From Cetorhinus maximus (lineage: Eukaryota): DNA of 64,000 nucleotides. Made by a program: the position numbers and the translations under genes. The stretch lies in NCBI RefSeq assembly GCF_964194155.1, contig NC_135883.1, positions 91,450,001 to 91,514,000 on the forward strand. Reading direction: 5' to 3'. Shown here piece by piece: positions 38,622 to 52,500 of this stretch (position 1 is its first letter; the number at the start of each line of letters is the position of its first letter). The notes under the pieces are model-generated. The model was not told the origin of the DNA and ran no database searches. It worked only from the letters and a program-made list of their open reading frames with translations.

Positions 38622-39246
38622 TATTCATTCACGGGACGTGGGCATCGCTGGCTGGGCCAGCATTTATTGCCCATCCCTAGTTGTCGTTGAGAAGCTGGTG
38701 GTGAGTTGCCTTCTTGAACCACTGCAGTCCATGTGGCGTAGGTACACCCACAGTTCTATTAGGGAGGTGTTCCAGGATTTTGACCCAGCGACATTGAAGG
38801 AACAGCGATATATTTCCAAGTCAGAATGGTGAGTGGCTTGGAGGAGAACTCCCAGGTGGTGGTGTTCCCATCTATCTGCTGCCCTTGTCCTTCTAGATGG
38901 TAGTGGTCGTGGGTTTGAAGGTGTTGTCTAAGGAGCCTTGGTGAGTTCCTGCAGTGCATCTTGTAGATGGTACACATTGCTCCTACTGTGCGTCGGTGGT
39001 GGAGGGAGTGAATGTTTGTGGGTGTGGTGCCAATCAAGCAGGCTGTTTTGTCCTGGATGGTGTCAAGGTTTTTGAGTGTTGTGGGAGCTGCATTCATCCA
39101 GGCAAGCGGGAAGTATTCCATCAAATTCCTGACTTGTGCCTTGTAGATGGTGGACAGGCTTTGGGGAGTCAGGAGGTGGGTTACTCGTTGCACGATTCCT
39201 AGCCTCTGACCTGCTCTTGTAGCCACAGTATGGCCAGTCCAGTTCA
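38622..39246 (-). mobile_element. LINE family B 3' fragment
   Basis: RAGQRLGIVQRVTHLLTPQSLSTIYKAQVR motif; tail ttcattca on the + strand. Confidence 0.9.
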
Positions 39247-42200
39247 GCTGCAGGTCCAGCCGCATCTTTGCCTTTCGACATCCCATTGATGCTGTGAAAC
39301 ACACTTCGGAAGCATTGAATGGCACTCTAGTAACCGGCTTATTAAAAAAGTATTAATTCCTGAATGTGTCAGAGCGATGCCAAGGGAATCACCGAGGATC
39401 TTTTTCTGGCATGTAATGGTTACTTTTTGTGTGCCTTTTTGCAACACATTTCTTTTTATTACTACACACTAGCTTAATACCCATGAAATGATTTTCCAGT
39501 CAGCCTGTGTAATATGGTAATGGGCTACCTGGCTTGAAACAGGATTGCAATGTCGGGCACATTGATTTTGTGGCATTGGTATTGGATATTGGAGTTCGAT
39601 CTCCCTCTGAAAATGTAAGCAATGTAAAGATACATTTCACCTGAAATAATAGCATCATATTTCTTGATATTATGAACATTGGTTCCTGGTTAACTAAGAA
39701 GCAGGCTGAAAACATGAAACTATAAGTTTGTGCTTTAAAGCCGTAAATTGTCCCCTCGAATGGCTAATCCTACCTTTGAATCATTGCATTTAGATCACAA
39801 ATATTAATGTTGAACATTCACCTGAACCTTCTAAGGAACAGCAATCACCGTCAGATTGCTGCTCCGCTCCTACTTTTCGGCACCACGAGTCCACTCCACA
39901 TTTCTGGCTGGCTCTTCTGAATCCTGCTTCTTCAGAAATGCAAAGTGGTCTTCCATCGAACTGCTTCCTCGAAGCATCAGGGGAAGACAAACCACACTCC
40001 CATTACACGGCACTAGCTGCTGTATTCTGGGAAGTATTCACTAAACATTTAAACCTTTGGAACTTTTAAACAGCTTTTCAGCGTGTTAGTGAATGGGTGT
40101 ATGAATGAATGTATGAGGGAATGGGTGAATGTGTCGGTGTGTAAGTGGGTAGAGTGGGTGAGGTAAATGGGTAGGAAGCTGGGTTGAATAGCAACTGGGT
40201 TGGGTGGTAGCTGGGTATGGTGGTAGGTGGGTGAGGTGTGTAGGGTGGGTGTGTGGATAGGTGGTTTGTGGAGTAGTCGGAGCGGGTTAGGAGGGTTTGT
40301 CAAGTCAGGGGCTAGTCAGATCTGGCCGGAAGGAAATCAGGTGAGGGGGAGTTGGGTGGTGAGGGTCAAGTGGGGAGCTGGGCGTGCCAGATGTTTAATT
40401 GCCCAGGAGATAGACTGTTCTGTCTTACATTTTCTGGATAACTATCCAGGTAAGTAAGTCAGAACTATGCCAAGTCTCTGACTCTAACTCAGATTCGGAG
40501 ACTTTCACAGAGGATCCCAGGGAACACAGGAATTTCCCATCTGAAGTTCAAACTTCCTGGGCATTTCACATGGAGTTAGTGCACTGGGATTTCTACAGGG
40601 TCCTGAAATGCATCTTGTGGGCTACATCTGGTCTCCGATGATCTGGAGACCGGACAATCTGGGCTATTGAGACATTCCATTCAACTCATTTGGCATTTTA
40701 CCTAATTTTCAGATGCAAAAAGCAGAAACCCAATTTATCATTGTGAGACCACTGCAAAGCGTGGAGATTTAAATATTTATCAATCTGGGAAAGAAGGTTT
40801 GATAGTTGTATGGTAGTTATCGACTATTTTAAATTTGAAAATTACTAATACCCGTAATATGCTTGGTTTATCTTAATAACACTGTGCAGTTACATTTACA
40901 AGAATAAACACGTTTATTCAAGATGTTAGTTGCTTGCTTGTCATATCTTCAGTAAATAAACACAGCCATTAAAAATCCTGCAAAACATATTAACACAACT
41001 TCTTGTTTCTAACACAGATTTGTAAGTAAAACTTGAGAGTTCTAGGAGACTGAAACTATACAGATGATAAATATTGTTAAATGACTGTGTTGCAGTTCAA
41101 TTAATCCTCCCCAATGTGTACATCCTGACCTTAACTGCTAGAATTCAATTAATCTTTGCACCAATTATAGATTATTTGGAAATAAATTCTATCAAAAAAT
41201 AGAGTCAGTTTTTCAGATCCAATGGTGCTGGAGATTTTAGTACCAGGCATGGGGAATCTTTTAGAACTACAACTAAATGATACCAATCTCTGATGGTGTT
41301 TCTGGGTTGCACATTTGTATTTTATTGCGATGTGAGGTAGTATTTATACCAATTGTAGCAAAACCATATACCTGTTCTTTATAAATAGATTCCATGATGT
41401 TGTTACATGAAGTACTCAGCAAGTCTTCCTTCCAGGTGAACTATCTGAAAGATGATACCAATTGTACTCAGACAGTTGAAGAAGTCTTTCATTAGATCAT
41501 GGAGCACAGAAGGCGGCCAATCAGCCTATCATGTGCACCAGCTCTTTGTTTAACCGTGTAACTGATTTCTATGCAGGAAAATACTTTTGCTATGTTCTGG
41601 GAGATCTGTGGATTTTTCTTTAACATGGGAGAGCGGGATGCTCGGAAGCATAAAGGTTCCAAACGCTTCTTCTAGGCTATATAAAATCTTTGCTATATTC
41701 TGGGAGTCTATCTAAATCTCTCTTGAACAATCATTCAATGGCCTTATGGAGTTCTTAGTGGTACTCTGACTTCTAACACAACAGAAAAAGATTAAGCACT
41801 TGAGGAGATTTAAAAGTTTTGAATGGGCTTTCATGAGTGGGAGTGTTTTGTTTTAATATAGTGAAGGCTGGAATAAATACTTAGACATTTATTTTATTTC
41901 CTCTCAACATGACCCCTGAGGCCTGCCCTTGGTAGATACTTGGTGAGTTGGCATGGGGATGTAAGGACCAAAAGTGGTGGGCACGTGTTGACATGGATTG
42001 TCATTATGTTGGCATGGGGCATGGAGGTGGCATGGGGAGTGGGTAGGTGAGGCGTGAGGGATGAGGACTAGAAAGCCTAAAATTTAATGAAACAATTGGG
42101 ATTAAGTCCTAGAGGACTAAGGTGGGCCTGTTAAGCAGTCTACCTCAGCACTTAGGCAGCCCCTGTGGCCACCTACAATTTCTCCACGAGGGCAGATAGC

Positions 42201-42726
42201 CTGACTCCATCCCACACAACCCTGCCCCTACCGCCACCCTGGAATGAAGATTGGGTCATTTGGGGAATTTCTCCCGAGATGGTTGCAGCGAGCCGGAAAA
42301 TTTCCCAACGTGCACCACTTGCTTCAGGAACAAAAATCCAGGCCACAGTCTCCTTCCTCAGTCGACAAATTACGGCAGAGTCGGGAATACTCCATGGACC
42401 TTTAAAACTGGCAGGTGGGACCTGGATGCAGAAGTTCTGCCTCCACTTCTGACAGACCCCATTTTTGCGGGCAGTGGGAGGGGAGCGAGACTTACACAGG
42501 AGGGGAACGTAAATTTAGCAGGGCCATTTGAAATTAGTGCTGAATTCAAACAGACTCCATTTTGGTTGTTCCTATGGTGTTAACCCACAGTGAGGAAGGC
42601 ACAAATTGATGGAATAGATGTAAACGCGTCTGACGAGTTGGATAAGGCCTGTTTAAATGTCAGGATCTGAAGTATTTTTTTAAATACCCTGCACTTAAAC
42701 CATGTCAGTGAGACTTAAAAAATAGT

Positions 42727-44024
42727 GGCTGGAATTTTCCGTGCCCGCTGGCATCAGGCATGTTTGATGGCATGAGCAGACAATATGGCACGATCGGTTT
42801 CACGACGGCGTGAAATCAGTTCTTGAGCGTCTGCTCAGCCCGCCGGTGATGAGCCGTGTTCTCCACCATAGGATGTCAAGAACCTCACTGTAATACATCT
42901 GCATATCATTGCTAGGCCTGCCCGCCAGAATCGCTCCTCCCACTGGATCATCTGCCAACGTTGGCGGGAAAACACGCCAACGTGTTTCACAACAGCACAT
43001 AAGCAACATGCACTTGTTGGGCTGCACTTTGCTTGGGACTTCAAAGCTTGTTTGTCTACCTTGCTTTGGTCAGCACTCACTGTCATCAGCACCAGGCTTC
43101 ACAGACAGCACCACACCACTTTTAGAGGGGCTCATGGGTAGGCCTGTACCTACCAGATCAGACATATGTGGGTGGCTTTTCAATGGCTGCAGGGCTAGGG
43201 CTTGTTTGGAGAAGGGGGAGAAGTGGCCTCAGGCAAGGGAAGAGGCTGCAGGACGAGGGATGTACTGGGGAAGGGGGGTATCCCAGGGTGTGTGGGGACA
43301 CATGTTGATCTGTGCAAATGGCCTCAAGATGGTGAGGGCTGAGGAGGCAGTCTCCAGAGGAGATGAGGCCAGATGGACATGTGAGGGTATGTGTGTGAGA
43401 ATGGGTGGGGATGTCCCTTGAGCTGGCAGTGAGTGAGATACCAGATACCAGGGAATGTGTGATCGGCTTTGTGTGAGTTTAGAGCTATGAGATGTTTGCA
43501 ATACCCTGATTGCACGGATGAGATTATTCATCCTCTAACTGCATTGGATGGCCAACCTCTTCTGGGCAGCATTGGCTCTGATCACCACTTCCACCACCTC
43601 TCAAACCTGAATGGTCACACCATTGCCTATCCTGCAGCCAGAGCAGGGGTAGAGGACATCATGGCAGGTCTCCACAGCATCCAAAAGGCGTTCCACTGAT
43701 GCATCACTAAACCTGGGGGCTGCAGCCTTTTTGCCTTTCATGGACATCTTCCCTGCAGTAGTCATGGGCTGGAAGCACTGAGATATGTATGCGTAGCTGG
43801 ATTTTAAATATGGCGCCCGGCATAATGAAGCGGCGAGGTGATGGCGTGGCGAACAAATGAGAGCCTGCCCACCATGGAAACAGCATGTTTCCCAGGAAAG
43901 CAGAAGTAATGTGGCGGGTTTGGGACAATAAGGTGTGAAAACCCGCCATTGCGGCCGGCGGGTAAAATGTCATTTTACCCGCCCGCTACCGCGCGCTTAG
44001 TGCAAACCTGGGACGATTCCACCC
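42727..44024 (-). mobile_element. Non-autonomous Harbinger derivative retaining Myb-like exon 1 (43505-43747), nested in other TIR remnants (~41900-44240)
   Basis: TIRs ggctggaattttcc / ggacgattccaccc; minus strand reads MSMKGKKAAAPRFSDASVERLLDAVE..QCS*RMNNLIRAIR followed by a gt donor. Confidence 0.75.
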
Positions 44025-45690
44025 ATCGTCTGCTGGATTGCTTTGATTAACAGGCGGGCCTTCTAAACAGCCCCTGTGATCTACTAGGATCTACTTCCTG
44101 AGTTGGCAGGCCCAACTCTATCCCGCTCCATCACCCAGAGTGAAAATTGAATCTAACAGGACCCTATAAACTGAGGCGAGTCTGCCAATTCGGGAAATTT
44201 CCTGACTTGAGCTGTCCACCTCGGTAGCGAAATTCTTGCCCATTGTGTCTTTCTATACTCATCTTTCCAGATGCAAACATAAATAATGATCACGAGGGAA
44301 GTGCGTTGGAAATGTTCTAGGACTATGTTCCAATATGTGTTGGTGTCCTTGGAAGGACAAGAGAAATACTTATTAAAAGAAAAATTCACTGCACCCACAA
44401 TCGTTCCTGTTCTACCGTTAAGTCGGAGATAAATCATTCAGAAGGCTGCTTGGAGGAGAAATGTCTATTTTGCAAATTTGAATTTTGAATTCAGCTAAGT
44501 TTGCCAGATCACAGTTTTTGCTTCACTCTCTTTCCTCTTAATGGGTCATTTTAATACTGTTTGTATATGTTATTTGTTGTTTTTTCTGAAAGACCAATAC
44601 CTGAAAGAATCTCTATAATCCAAACCAAGGGGTCCAGAGAAGACAGGGTTGACACATTCATGTTAATTTGACACTTTGTGTTATATTGTTTCTCCTTGCC
44701 TGCTTACAATACTCAGGGCGATCACTGCAGGGGTTTTAGCTGTAGATGACATTCCACTAAAAGGTTACAAGGTAATTTGAGGAGTGCAGTCAACAAGATG
44801 GCACAAGGGCTGCTAAAGTAGGATAGGGGATTATTTTAGTTTCAGCGTTTCCCAGATATTATTACCTTTAGGATGACAAGATACAGTGTCACAAAGTCAC
44901 AGAGGACAGAATTTTTGATCCCTGGAGGAGCCGGGACTGGAGACAGGAGGACTGGAAAATTGGCATTGGAGCGTAGTGTGCTGGTTTTCTGGCATGTTTC
45001 TACCTCAGGCCAATTTAAAAGCGATTAAGGTGGGGCTGCCTGGCAACAGATGGGTGGGGGGAGGGGGGGTCCAGTGCTCCATCTTGCTAGGGGCTTTCCC
45101 GCACCTGCCATGGTCACTGAGCTGCAGCCATTGTCTGTCCAGTGAAGGGATTGCATTTCTCGATGGCAACCTGGCAGCTGCGGCCTTTTTACACTAAAAT
45201 TTTCTGATCTTCTTGAAGGCTCCTGAATCATCAGACACCCTCTCTCTCTCTCTCTTACAAACATCAGCAGCTCTCACCTTGGTTGGTGGGGCTACTGATG
45301 TGTCATTGTTGGAGGGCCTCTGATTGGTTCTCCAGCCTCAGGAACCTGACATCCTCCTTAATTAGACGGTGAGCATGCTCCTGGCCAATAATTGGCCATT
45401 GCAAGAAAGATCGCATCAAGCATCTGACTCTAATGTGGGATCTGGACCCGAAAATTCTCCTGACTTCGGGTTCCTGCACCCAAAACAAAAACCCCGCACC
45501 CGTTTTTCTGTTGTTTTCAGAAGCATTTTATATTTGCCTGGTTGTAAACCAAGCAAGCCTAAATTAATGAACATCTGATGGTGCCGAGGACTGTAAACTG
45601 CTACAGATTTGATTACACTTTCTGAAATGTATCATCCTGATGAGTCCAATATTAGTCAGTTTTGGCGTACTAAATTATCAATTTGACTTG

Positions 45691-46354
45691 GGGCAGGATT
45701 TTTCACGTCGATGCCCGACACGTCGGCATGTAAAATGATGCGCGATGACATTGGGCGTGCATCCCAAAGACATCGCAAAGTCACGCGATGTTTTGTTCGG
45801 CAGGCACATGCAGGTGTCAGCTGCGCGCCCGCCGATGTTTAAACGGCCTACTAAGGCCATTAAGGAAGTAATTAATGTAATTGTTAACGTTGCCCGTCCA
45901 ACCTTAAGGCTGGTGGGCAGGTGAAGAGCCCAAGCACCCTTCACGTTTTTTAGAAAAACCTCATCCACGAGCGGGATGAGGTTTCCTAAAGCTTTTATTA
46001 AATAAATTTTAAAAATTTCCGAGCTATAAAAACGTGTCTCACACAGTCACATGAGGGGATGTTTAATTAAATTTTTTCTCCATTTATTTAATTATTTCAA
46101 AATTGATTCAATCTCCCTGAGGGAGACTCCGTGCCTCAGGGAGGTTGAAGCGCTCTTTTGCGCGCACTGGCCCCGACTCTGCCTTCTCCCCCCCGCCTGC
46201 ACAGGTAGCGCTGAGTGCTATGGCTCATGTCTTACGTTGGACGGGCCTTAATTGGCCCGCCTGCTTAAAATGGCGGCGCAGAGCCGATCACAGGCGGCGA
46301 TTGGCTCCGCAACCACTCCCGCTGAGCCCGTCCACCAACTGAAAAACTCTGGCC
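45691..46354. mobile_element. CpG-rich Harbinger-type MITE, inverted relative to the 33659 copy
   Basis: TIRs gggcaggatttttca / tgaaaaactctggcc; TSD ttg on both sides. Confidence 0.85.
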
Positions 46355-46725
46355 TTGATCTCTGAAAGAATATATTTATCCTCATAATACAAGTTTATAC
46401 CATTAAGCACTTTTTAAAATGTTTTTCTGATCATTTTGTTATGCTAATGCACCTCCTGCGGTTTTGGTCACAGACTCAGAAGTATAAGCCAGGCAGAGAG
46501 CAGATATACAACATTGGAAAGCAGTGCGTGGAGTGGCTGGCAGCCAAGTACCAAAGCTTGAAAGACAGTGGGGAATTTAGGGGAAAATGGGAAGATGATT
46601 AAGGTATTGGATAGGAAGCCAGTGAAAAGCCCAATTAGATGATAAAACTGGGAATGAGCAGGGGGACATAGCAGCTGGAAGTAGAGTTCATTTGGTTGAG
46701 AACATGCAGATATGTGCATTTTTTT

Positions 46726-47018
46726 TATTCATTCAGGGGATGTGGGCTTTCCTGGCTGGGCCAGCATATATTGCCCATCCCTAACTGCCCTTGAGAAGGT
46801 GGTGGTGAGCTGCCTTCTTAAACTGCTGCAGTCCATGTTGTGTAGGTACACCCACAGTGCTGTTAGGGAGGGAGTTCCAGGATTTTGGCCCAGTGACAGT
46901 GAAGGAACGGCAATCTATTTCCAAGTCAGGATGGTGAGTGACTTGAAAGGGAACTTCCAGGTGGTGGTGTTCCCATCTATCTGTTGCCCTTCTCCTTCTA
47001 GGTGGTAGTGGTCATGGG
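46726..47018 (-). mobile_element. LINE family B 3' fragment
   Basis: Antisense tail 'attcattcaggggatgtgggctttcctggctgggccagc'. Confidence 0.85.
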
Positions 47019-47468
47019 AAGACACTACAGCACCACCTCCCCTATAGAGGGAAATTACAACCTGCTTGTTTATTCTTTGATGTTTGGTGGTGCCTCTTAA
47101 ATTTAAATGGTAAACTATAAAGGCAGAGGTTCTTTTCCTATTATCTAATTATATTTACTGAAGAAACATTTAGATAGGGGAGCACATCAATATTTCTATT
47201 ATTTTATTTGCTGTTTCTGACAGTAGAAAAACTAAACCAACGTCAGTTTAACTCAGTGCTGCCAATGGACTACTACTGAACACAGTAGAAACTTTACTTC
47301 ATATTCATTCATGGAATTGAAATTAGCTCATGGAATTAAAGGAAAATTACTTACCTGGTTAGGAAGCTGGCTGAGTCATAGGAGACAGAGAATAGGACAC
47401 TCTGATTGGCAGGATGTGACTAGTGGTGCCACGCAAGGATCTGTGTTGAGGCCTCAACTATTCAGTCT

Positions 47469-48250
47469 GGGCAAAATTTAATAACCTCCCCTGTGGTAGG
47501 TTTGATGGCCGCCTTCCCGCCTCCACCCCGATTAAGTCCATGATGGGAAGGCCAGTGGATGGCCTTCCTGCCAGCTACCAATTGAAGCCTTTAAGTGGAC
47601 AATTAATGCCCACTTAAGAGCCTCATCCTGCTGCCACTGGCTTTAAATCAGCAGCAAGCAGAGAGTTTGCAATGCCGGGAGAGGACAGGCAAACCTGTGC
47701 GGGTTGCTTGTGGAATTCGAGGGATGGGAGTCCCTCGTTCAAAGGTACCCCGTGAGCGGACTTTTATGTTCCGCAGGTGGGCGCACGCCCAACCCGAATG
47801 GGCCTAAATTTGTGCGAGATGACGTTGGGTGAGCATCCCAACGTCATTGCGCACTTGCGTGATATTTCAGTTGGTGGGCACGCGCCGCAGTCGGAAGTTT
47901 GCCCGCCGACAATTAAGCGGGCAATTAAGCCCATTAATGGCACAATTGTAAGCGATTTTTCGTGGCCTGTCCAACCTTACGGTTGGTGGATAGGCTAATC
48001 GGCCAGGTGGCCTTTACATTTCTGATTAAATCTTATCCAAGGGTGGGATGAAATCTCCGTTAGGATATAAAATAGAAAGAAATATCTGGGGACAGCATTT
48101 TTATGAGGTATGCTTTCAGGTGCTTGATTGGGCTGTATGGACATTTTTTGCAGCATTTTTGTGCTTTCTTTTATTATTTGGAGGTCTGCAGCCCCCTGAG
48201 GCATCTGTCTGCCTTCAGGGGGCTCAGTGGAAGCGCTCACCAGCACCCAC
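47469..48250. mobile_element. Nested or partial Harbinger-type MITE remnants
   Basis: Shares blocks ('ccaaccttacggttgg', 'gatgacgttgggtgagcatccc') with the 45691 MITE; only one end evident. Confidence 0.6.
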
Positions 48251-48257
48251 AGATACA

Positions 48258-48595
48258 GGGATATTTCCTCTTGTTGGGGGTTCGAGAACAAGGGGTCACA
48301 GTCTCAGGGTAGAGGGTAGACCATTTAGGACTGAGATGAGGAGAAACTTCTTCACTCAGAGGGTGGTGAACCTATGGAATTCTCTACCACAGAAGGCTGT
48401 GGAGGCCAAGTTACTGAATATATTTAAGAAGGAAATAGATAGATTTCTGGACTCTGAAGGCATCAAGGAGTATGGGGAAAGCATGGGAGTATGACGTTGA
48501 GATAGAGGATCAGCCATGATCATATTGGATGGCGGAGCAGACTCGAAGCACCAAATGACCTACCCCTGCTTCTATTTTATATGCTTCTATGTATC
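48258..48595 (+). mobile_element. CR1 3' end
   Basis: RTRGHSL..RRNFFTQRVVNLWNSLPQKAVEA and 3' hairpin. Confidence 0.85.
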
Positions 48596-48609
48596 CATGT
48601 ATCTCTTAC

Positions 48610-50530
48610 CCAAAATCTGTGTCCCGTAGACCTTGTACCATCAGCTAATGGGAACAATTTTTCTTTGTCTACTTTATCTAAACTATCATAACTTTGTACA
48701 GCTCTATCAAATCTCCCCCCAACCTCCTTTGCACCAAAGAGAATAACTCTAGCCTCTCCAACCTAACCTTATAGCTAATACCCTTCAATCATTTTAGTAA
48801 AACTCTTCTGCATCCTCTCAAGGCCTCTCACATCCTTCCTAAAGTGTGGTGATCTGAAAATGGACATAATGCTCTAGTTAGAACTTTATTCAGTGTATTT
48901 TGATTTCAGTTGATTTTATACTCAATGGCCAGAATTTTGCCCTTGATGGGCGGGCGGGCCCCACCGGCTTGGCGGCAGGCAGGCAGCCGAACTCCGCCGC
49001 CGAAATGGGGCCGGCCGCCATTTTATGTGGGCGGGCCAATTCCTGTGCGGGGGGTGGGGGGAAGGGAGGGATTCCCCAACTGTCAGTGCACTGCTCCCAG
49101 AGACTAAGTGCTGTCTCAGGGAGAGCGCCGCTGAATGTTTAAAAAACTTTAAAAATAGAGAAAGAAAAACATTATTAACATGTCCCCCTCATGTGACACT
49201 GTCACACGAGATGGGACATGTTAATAAATACGAGTGAAACTTTAATAAACTTTTTAAAAACTGAGATGAAACCTCCAGTGGATGAGGTTTTATCTTTTTT
49301 CAGAAGCCCACTGGGGCTCCTGGCCTGCCCGCCAGGTCTTTCAATTAGCTTAATGATCCTGTCAATGGCCTCAATTGGCCATTGACAGGTCGGCGGGCGA
49401 ACAGCTGATTTCGCTGTCCGCCCGCCTCCCTAAAAATTTAAATGGACCGGGATGACGTCGGGGGTTTCTCCCGACATCATCCCGCGTCATTTTCCTGTTG
49501 GCGAGCGGGCCCCGCCCTCAAATCGCCGACGGGAAAATTCTGGCCAATATCTCTATTAATGACCCCCAAGATCCTATATGCTTTGTTAATCTGTCATTAT
49601 TCTTCAATGATCTATGCGCCGCCAGGTCTCTCTGTCCTTGCACACTCTAAATTGATGCCATTAAGTCTGTATTGCGTCTCCCTATCCCGTCTGCCAAATT
49701 GCATCATCTCATACTTCCCTTTATTAAATTCCATCTGCAACCTGACTGCCAATTTTGCTGCCCTACTTATATTTTGTTGCAGTATCATCCTCACTGTCAG
49801 CCACACCATCATGTTTGGTATCATTGGCAATATCCAAGTCAGTTTAAAAAGCAGTGATCTTAGCACTGACCCTTGGGCAAATGCCATTGTCTATCATCCA
49901 CCAGTCTGAAAAACAACCATTTACCACAATCCGCTGTTTTCTGTTGTTAAGCCAATTTTAAAATCTAAGTTGACACTGATCCTCATGTTCCATGAGCCTC
50001 AATTTTGTTAACTAGCCTTTTGTGTGTTGCTTTATCAAATGCTTTCTTAAATCCCATAAAGACAACATCAACTGGATTCCCTTCATTAAATTCTTTCTTA
50101 CTTTGTCAAAAAATTCAATTAGATTAGTCAAACATGATCTGCCTTTTACTAATCCATGCTGGCTCTCCTTAATTAACTCAAACTTCAACAAATGCTATTA
50201 ACTTTTTCCCTATCTTATCCACCACTGATGTTAATCTGACCAGCCAATTTGTTGCTATGGATGTCCTTAAACCTTTTCTTGAATCATTCTCAAATCCCCT
50301 TGTACCTCTCCTGTATCCAGGGAAGTTTGGAAATTATGGCAAGCCCTTCCATTATCTCCAGTCCCATTTCCTTTAGCAGCCTGGGATACAAGCTATTCAG
50401 ACCAAGTGACTTACCTAATCTAACAATAGCCAGCTTTTCTAGTGCAACCTGCCCATCAATTGTCATCCCATCTATTCCCTCTACCACCTCTGCTTCTACT
50501 GATATTATGTCAGCATCCTCAGTAAATATT
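48610..50530 (-). mobile_element. Older CR1 fragment split by the 48927-49545 MITE
   Basis: QGSVLRSLL, QMEFNKGK and YPRLLKE motifs on the minus strand; CR1 sequence on both sides of the MITE. Confidence 0.75.
48927..49545. mobile_element. CpG-rich Harbinger-type MITE
   Basis: Perfect 12-bp TIR ggccagaatttt / aaaattctggcc; exact TSD aat. Confidence 0.9.
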
Positions 50531-51229
50531 GATACTGGAAATAAAACATTTTTTCACTCATTTAATATTAATCCCTTACTAATAAAAGTCCAACAAACAG
50601 AACATCTTTTGACATATCTATAAAGCAGATTAGTGTAAAATCAGATTCTTTGCAGCAAATAGGTTTTCCCATTTCCTCATTTCCATTTTTGTTCTTGATT
50701 TTTAAAAAAATGCTGTTGTTTGAATATTTGACTGTTTTGTGATAAATGAAGCTGAAACCTAGAGCCATTGGTGCAATAAAATATATTTTACATGTTGCAT
50801 AAGAGTCTTAGGCATTCTGACCTCAGGGTAAATCTGGCCTGTTCTCCTGCTGATTTGGCAATGTTTTGTTTGTGATCAAGCATTGCTTACAGTCAGCAAT
50901 GAGGAGAAGACAGGAGGTCATCTCCGACTAATGAGTTGAAATTTCCTCTGTTTGCAAACTGTAAATTTGTAGGTGAAATAAGTGCTAAATTTTAGGTTTC
51001 ACTCTGACACATATAGACCACTCCCATAAGGGAGCGCTTGCTCCATACAAGCAGGAATGAAACTTAATATGCCGGATGTCTGGTAATGTAGCAATCCCAG
51101 GGGTCAAACAGAGAAACAATTGTATTTAGCATGCTATTATATGCCACAAGATGTCCCAGACTTTGAAAACGGAGAGAATAATTACTCTACACACTTAGGC
51201 TAAAAACTACAGAACAGATTCATTCCTAT

Positions 51230-52500
51230 AAAAAAAACTTATATTTATATGGTGACTTTAAAAACAACAGCTTGCATTTATACAGCACCTTTAACATAGA
51301 AAAATGTCCAAGGTGTTTCATAGAAGCATAATCAGTCAAAAATTGAGAAAATGCCCTAAGGCACTTTCATAAAGGTGTAAGGAAAATTGACAGTGAGCCA
51401 AAGAGGAGCAATTATGATAGTGACCAAAATATTGTTGGGTTTTAAGAAGGATCTTAAATGTGGAGAGGCTTAGGGGTGGAATTCCTGAGGACAGGTCTTA
51501 GGTTGCAGTAGATATGGGTGGCACTTGTTGAACGAAGGGAAGGGATACACGAGAGAGGAGTCAAAGGAGCAGAGAGTCCAGGGGATTATAGGGTTACAGA
51601 AATAGGGAGGGGCATGCTGGTAGCGAATTTAAAGACAATTATATTTTTAAATTTGAGACATTGAGTGATTAGAAGACAATTTAGGTCAACAAGGATGATT
51701 CCAAGTGTTAAGTTCACTTTGATGTGGATTATGGTTGAAAGATTGAAGGCCATCCAGGAAAGCATTTGAATATTGGAATATGGAGGTGACAAAAGCTTAA
51801 CTGAGAATTTCAGAAGCAGATTATCTGAGCTAAAGGTGGAGGCACAAAGAGGACAATATTACTAATATGCAAGTTGGTGATTTGTGTTGGAGAGGTTATG
51901 AAGTCAGAATCTCAGTTTGGGGCCGAACAGGATGCCAAGGTTGAGAACAGTTTGATTCAGGGATAAACAGTGGCCAAGGAACAGAATGGATTCAGAGGTA
52001 AGGACAAGGAATTTGTGGAAGGATCAAAGATGATGACTTTGGTTTTTTAAATGCTTAGGTAGATCAAGTTATGGCTCAGCCTTGACAGGAAGTGGGATAG
52101 AATAGTAGGCACTTTGCAAAAGGGGAGTTAGAGCTGGATGTCATAAGCTTATATGTAAAAGCTCACTCCTTGTCACTGAATGATGTGACCATGGTGCAGC
52201 ATATGAGCGAGGAGCAAAATAGGCAAGGGCAGTATCATGGAACTGGACAATTAATGAGGGGCAACGGAAGAAGATCCTATGATAAACCATGTGAGAAGGC
52301 TACAGAATGGTTAAGGAGAATGAGGAAGAATAATATACCACTGTCACAGAGAACATTGTTTTTGTCTTTGCCTAGGGCTATCTGGTGCTATGGGAGGGCT
52401 GCAGAGCTGATTGGAGGCAGAGGAGTGTGTACATATAGAAAAGCAACAGCACATCAAAGGAGCTTGATGAAGAAAAGGGGGATTTTTAGATGGATCAGTA
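51230..52500 (-). mobile_element. L2 LINE fragment
   Basis: Antisense L2-like tail 'cttgcatttatacagcacctttaac' and 'gctggatgtcataagcttatatg' (degenerate YADD region). Confidence 0.6.

Noticed and set aside
39790-39990. Minus-strand ORF containing RRAS, the phospholamban PKA motif
   Set aside because: No MEKVQ-like start and no hydrophobic C-terminal helix; chance match, probably within a repeat.
40090-40300. GT-rich tract resembling telomeric or G4 repeats
   Set aside because: Irregular low-complexity sequence without TTAGGG periodicity, probably internal to a transposon remnant.
45637-45647. CTGATGAGTCC, a hammerhead-like 5' core
   Set aside because: No complementary GGAC-GAAA follows, so the fold cannot form.
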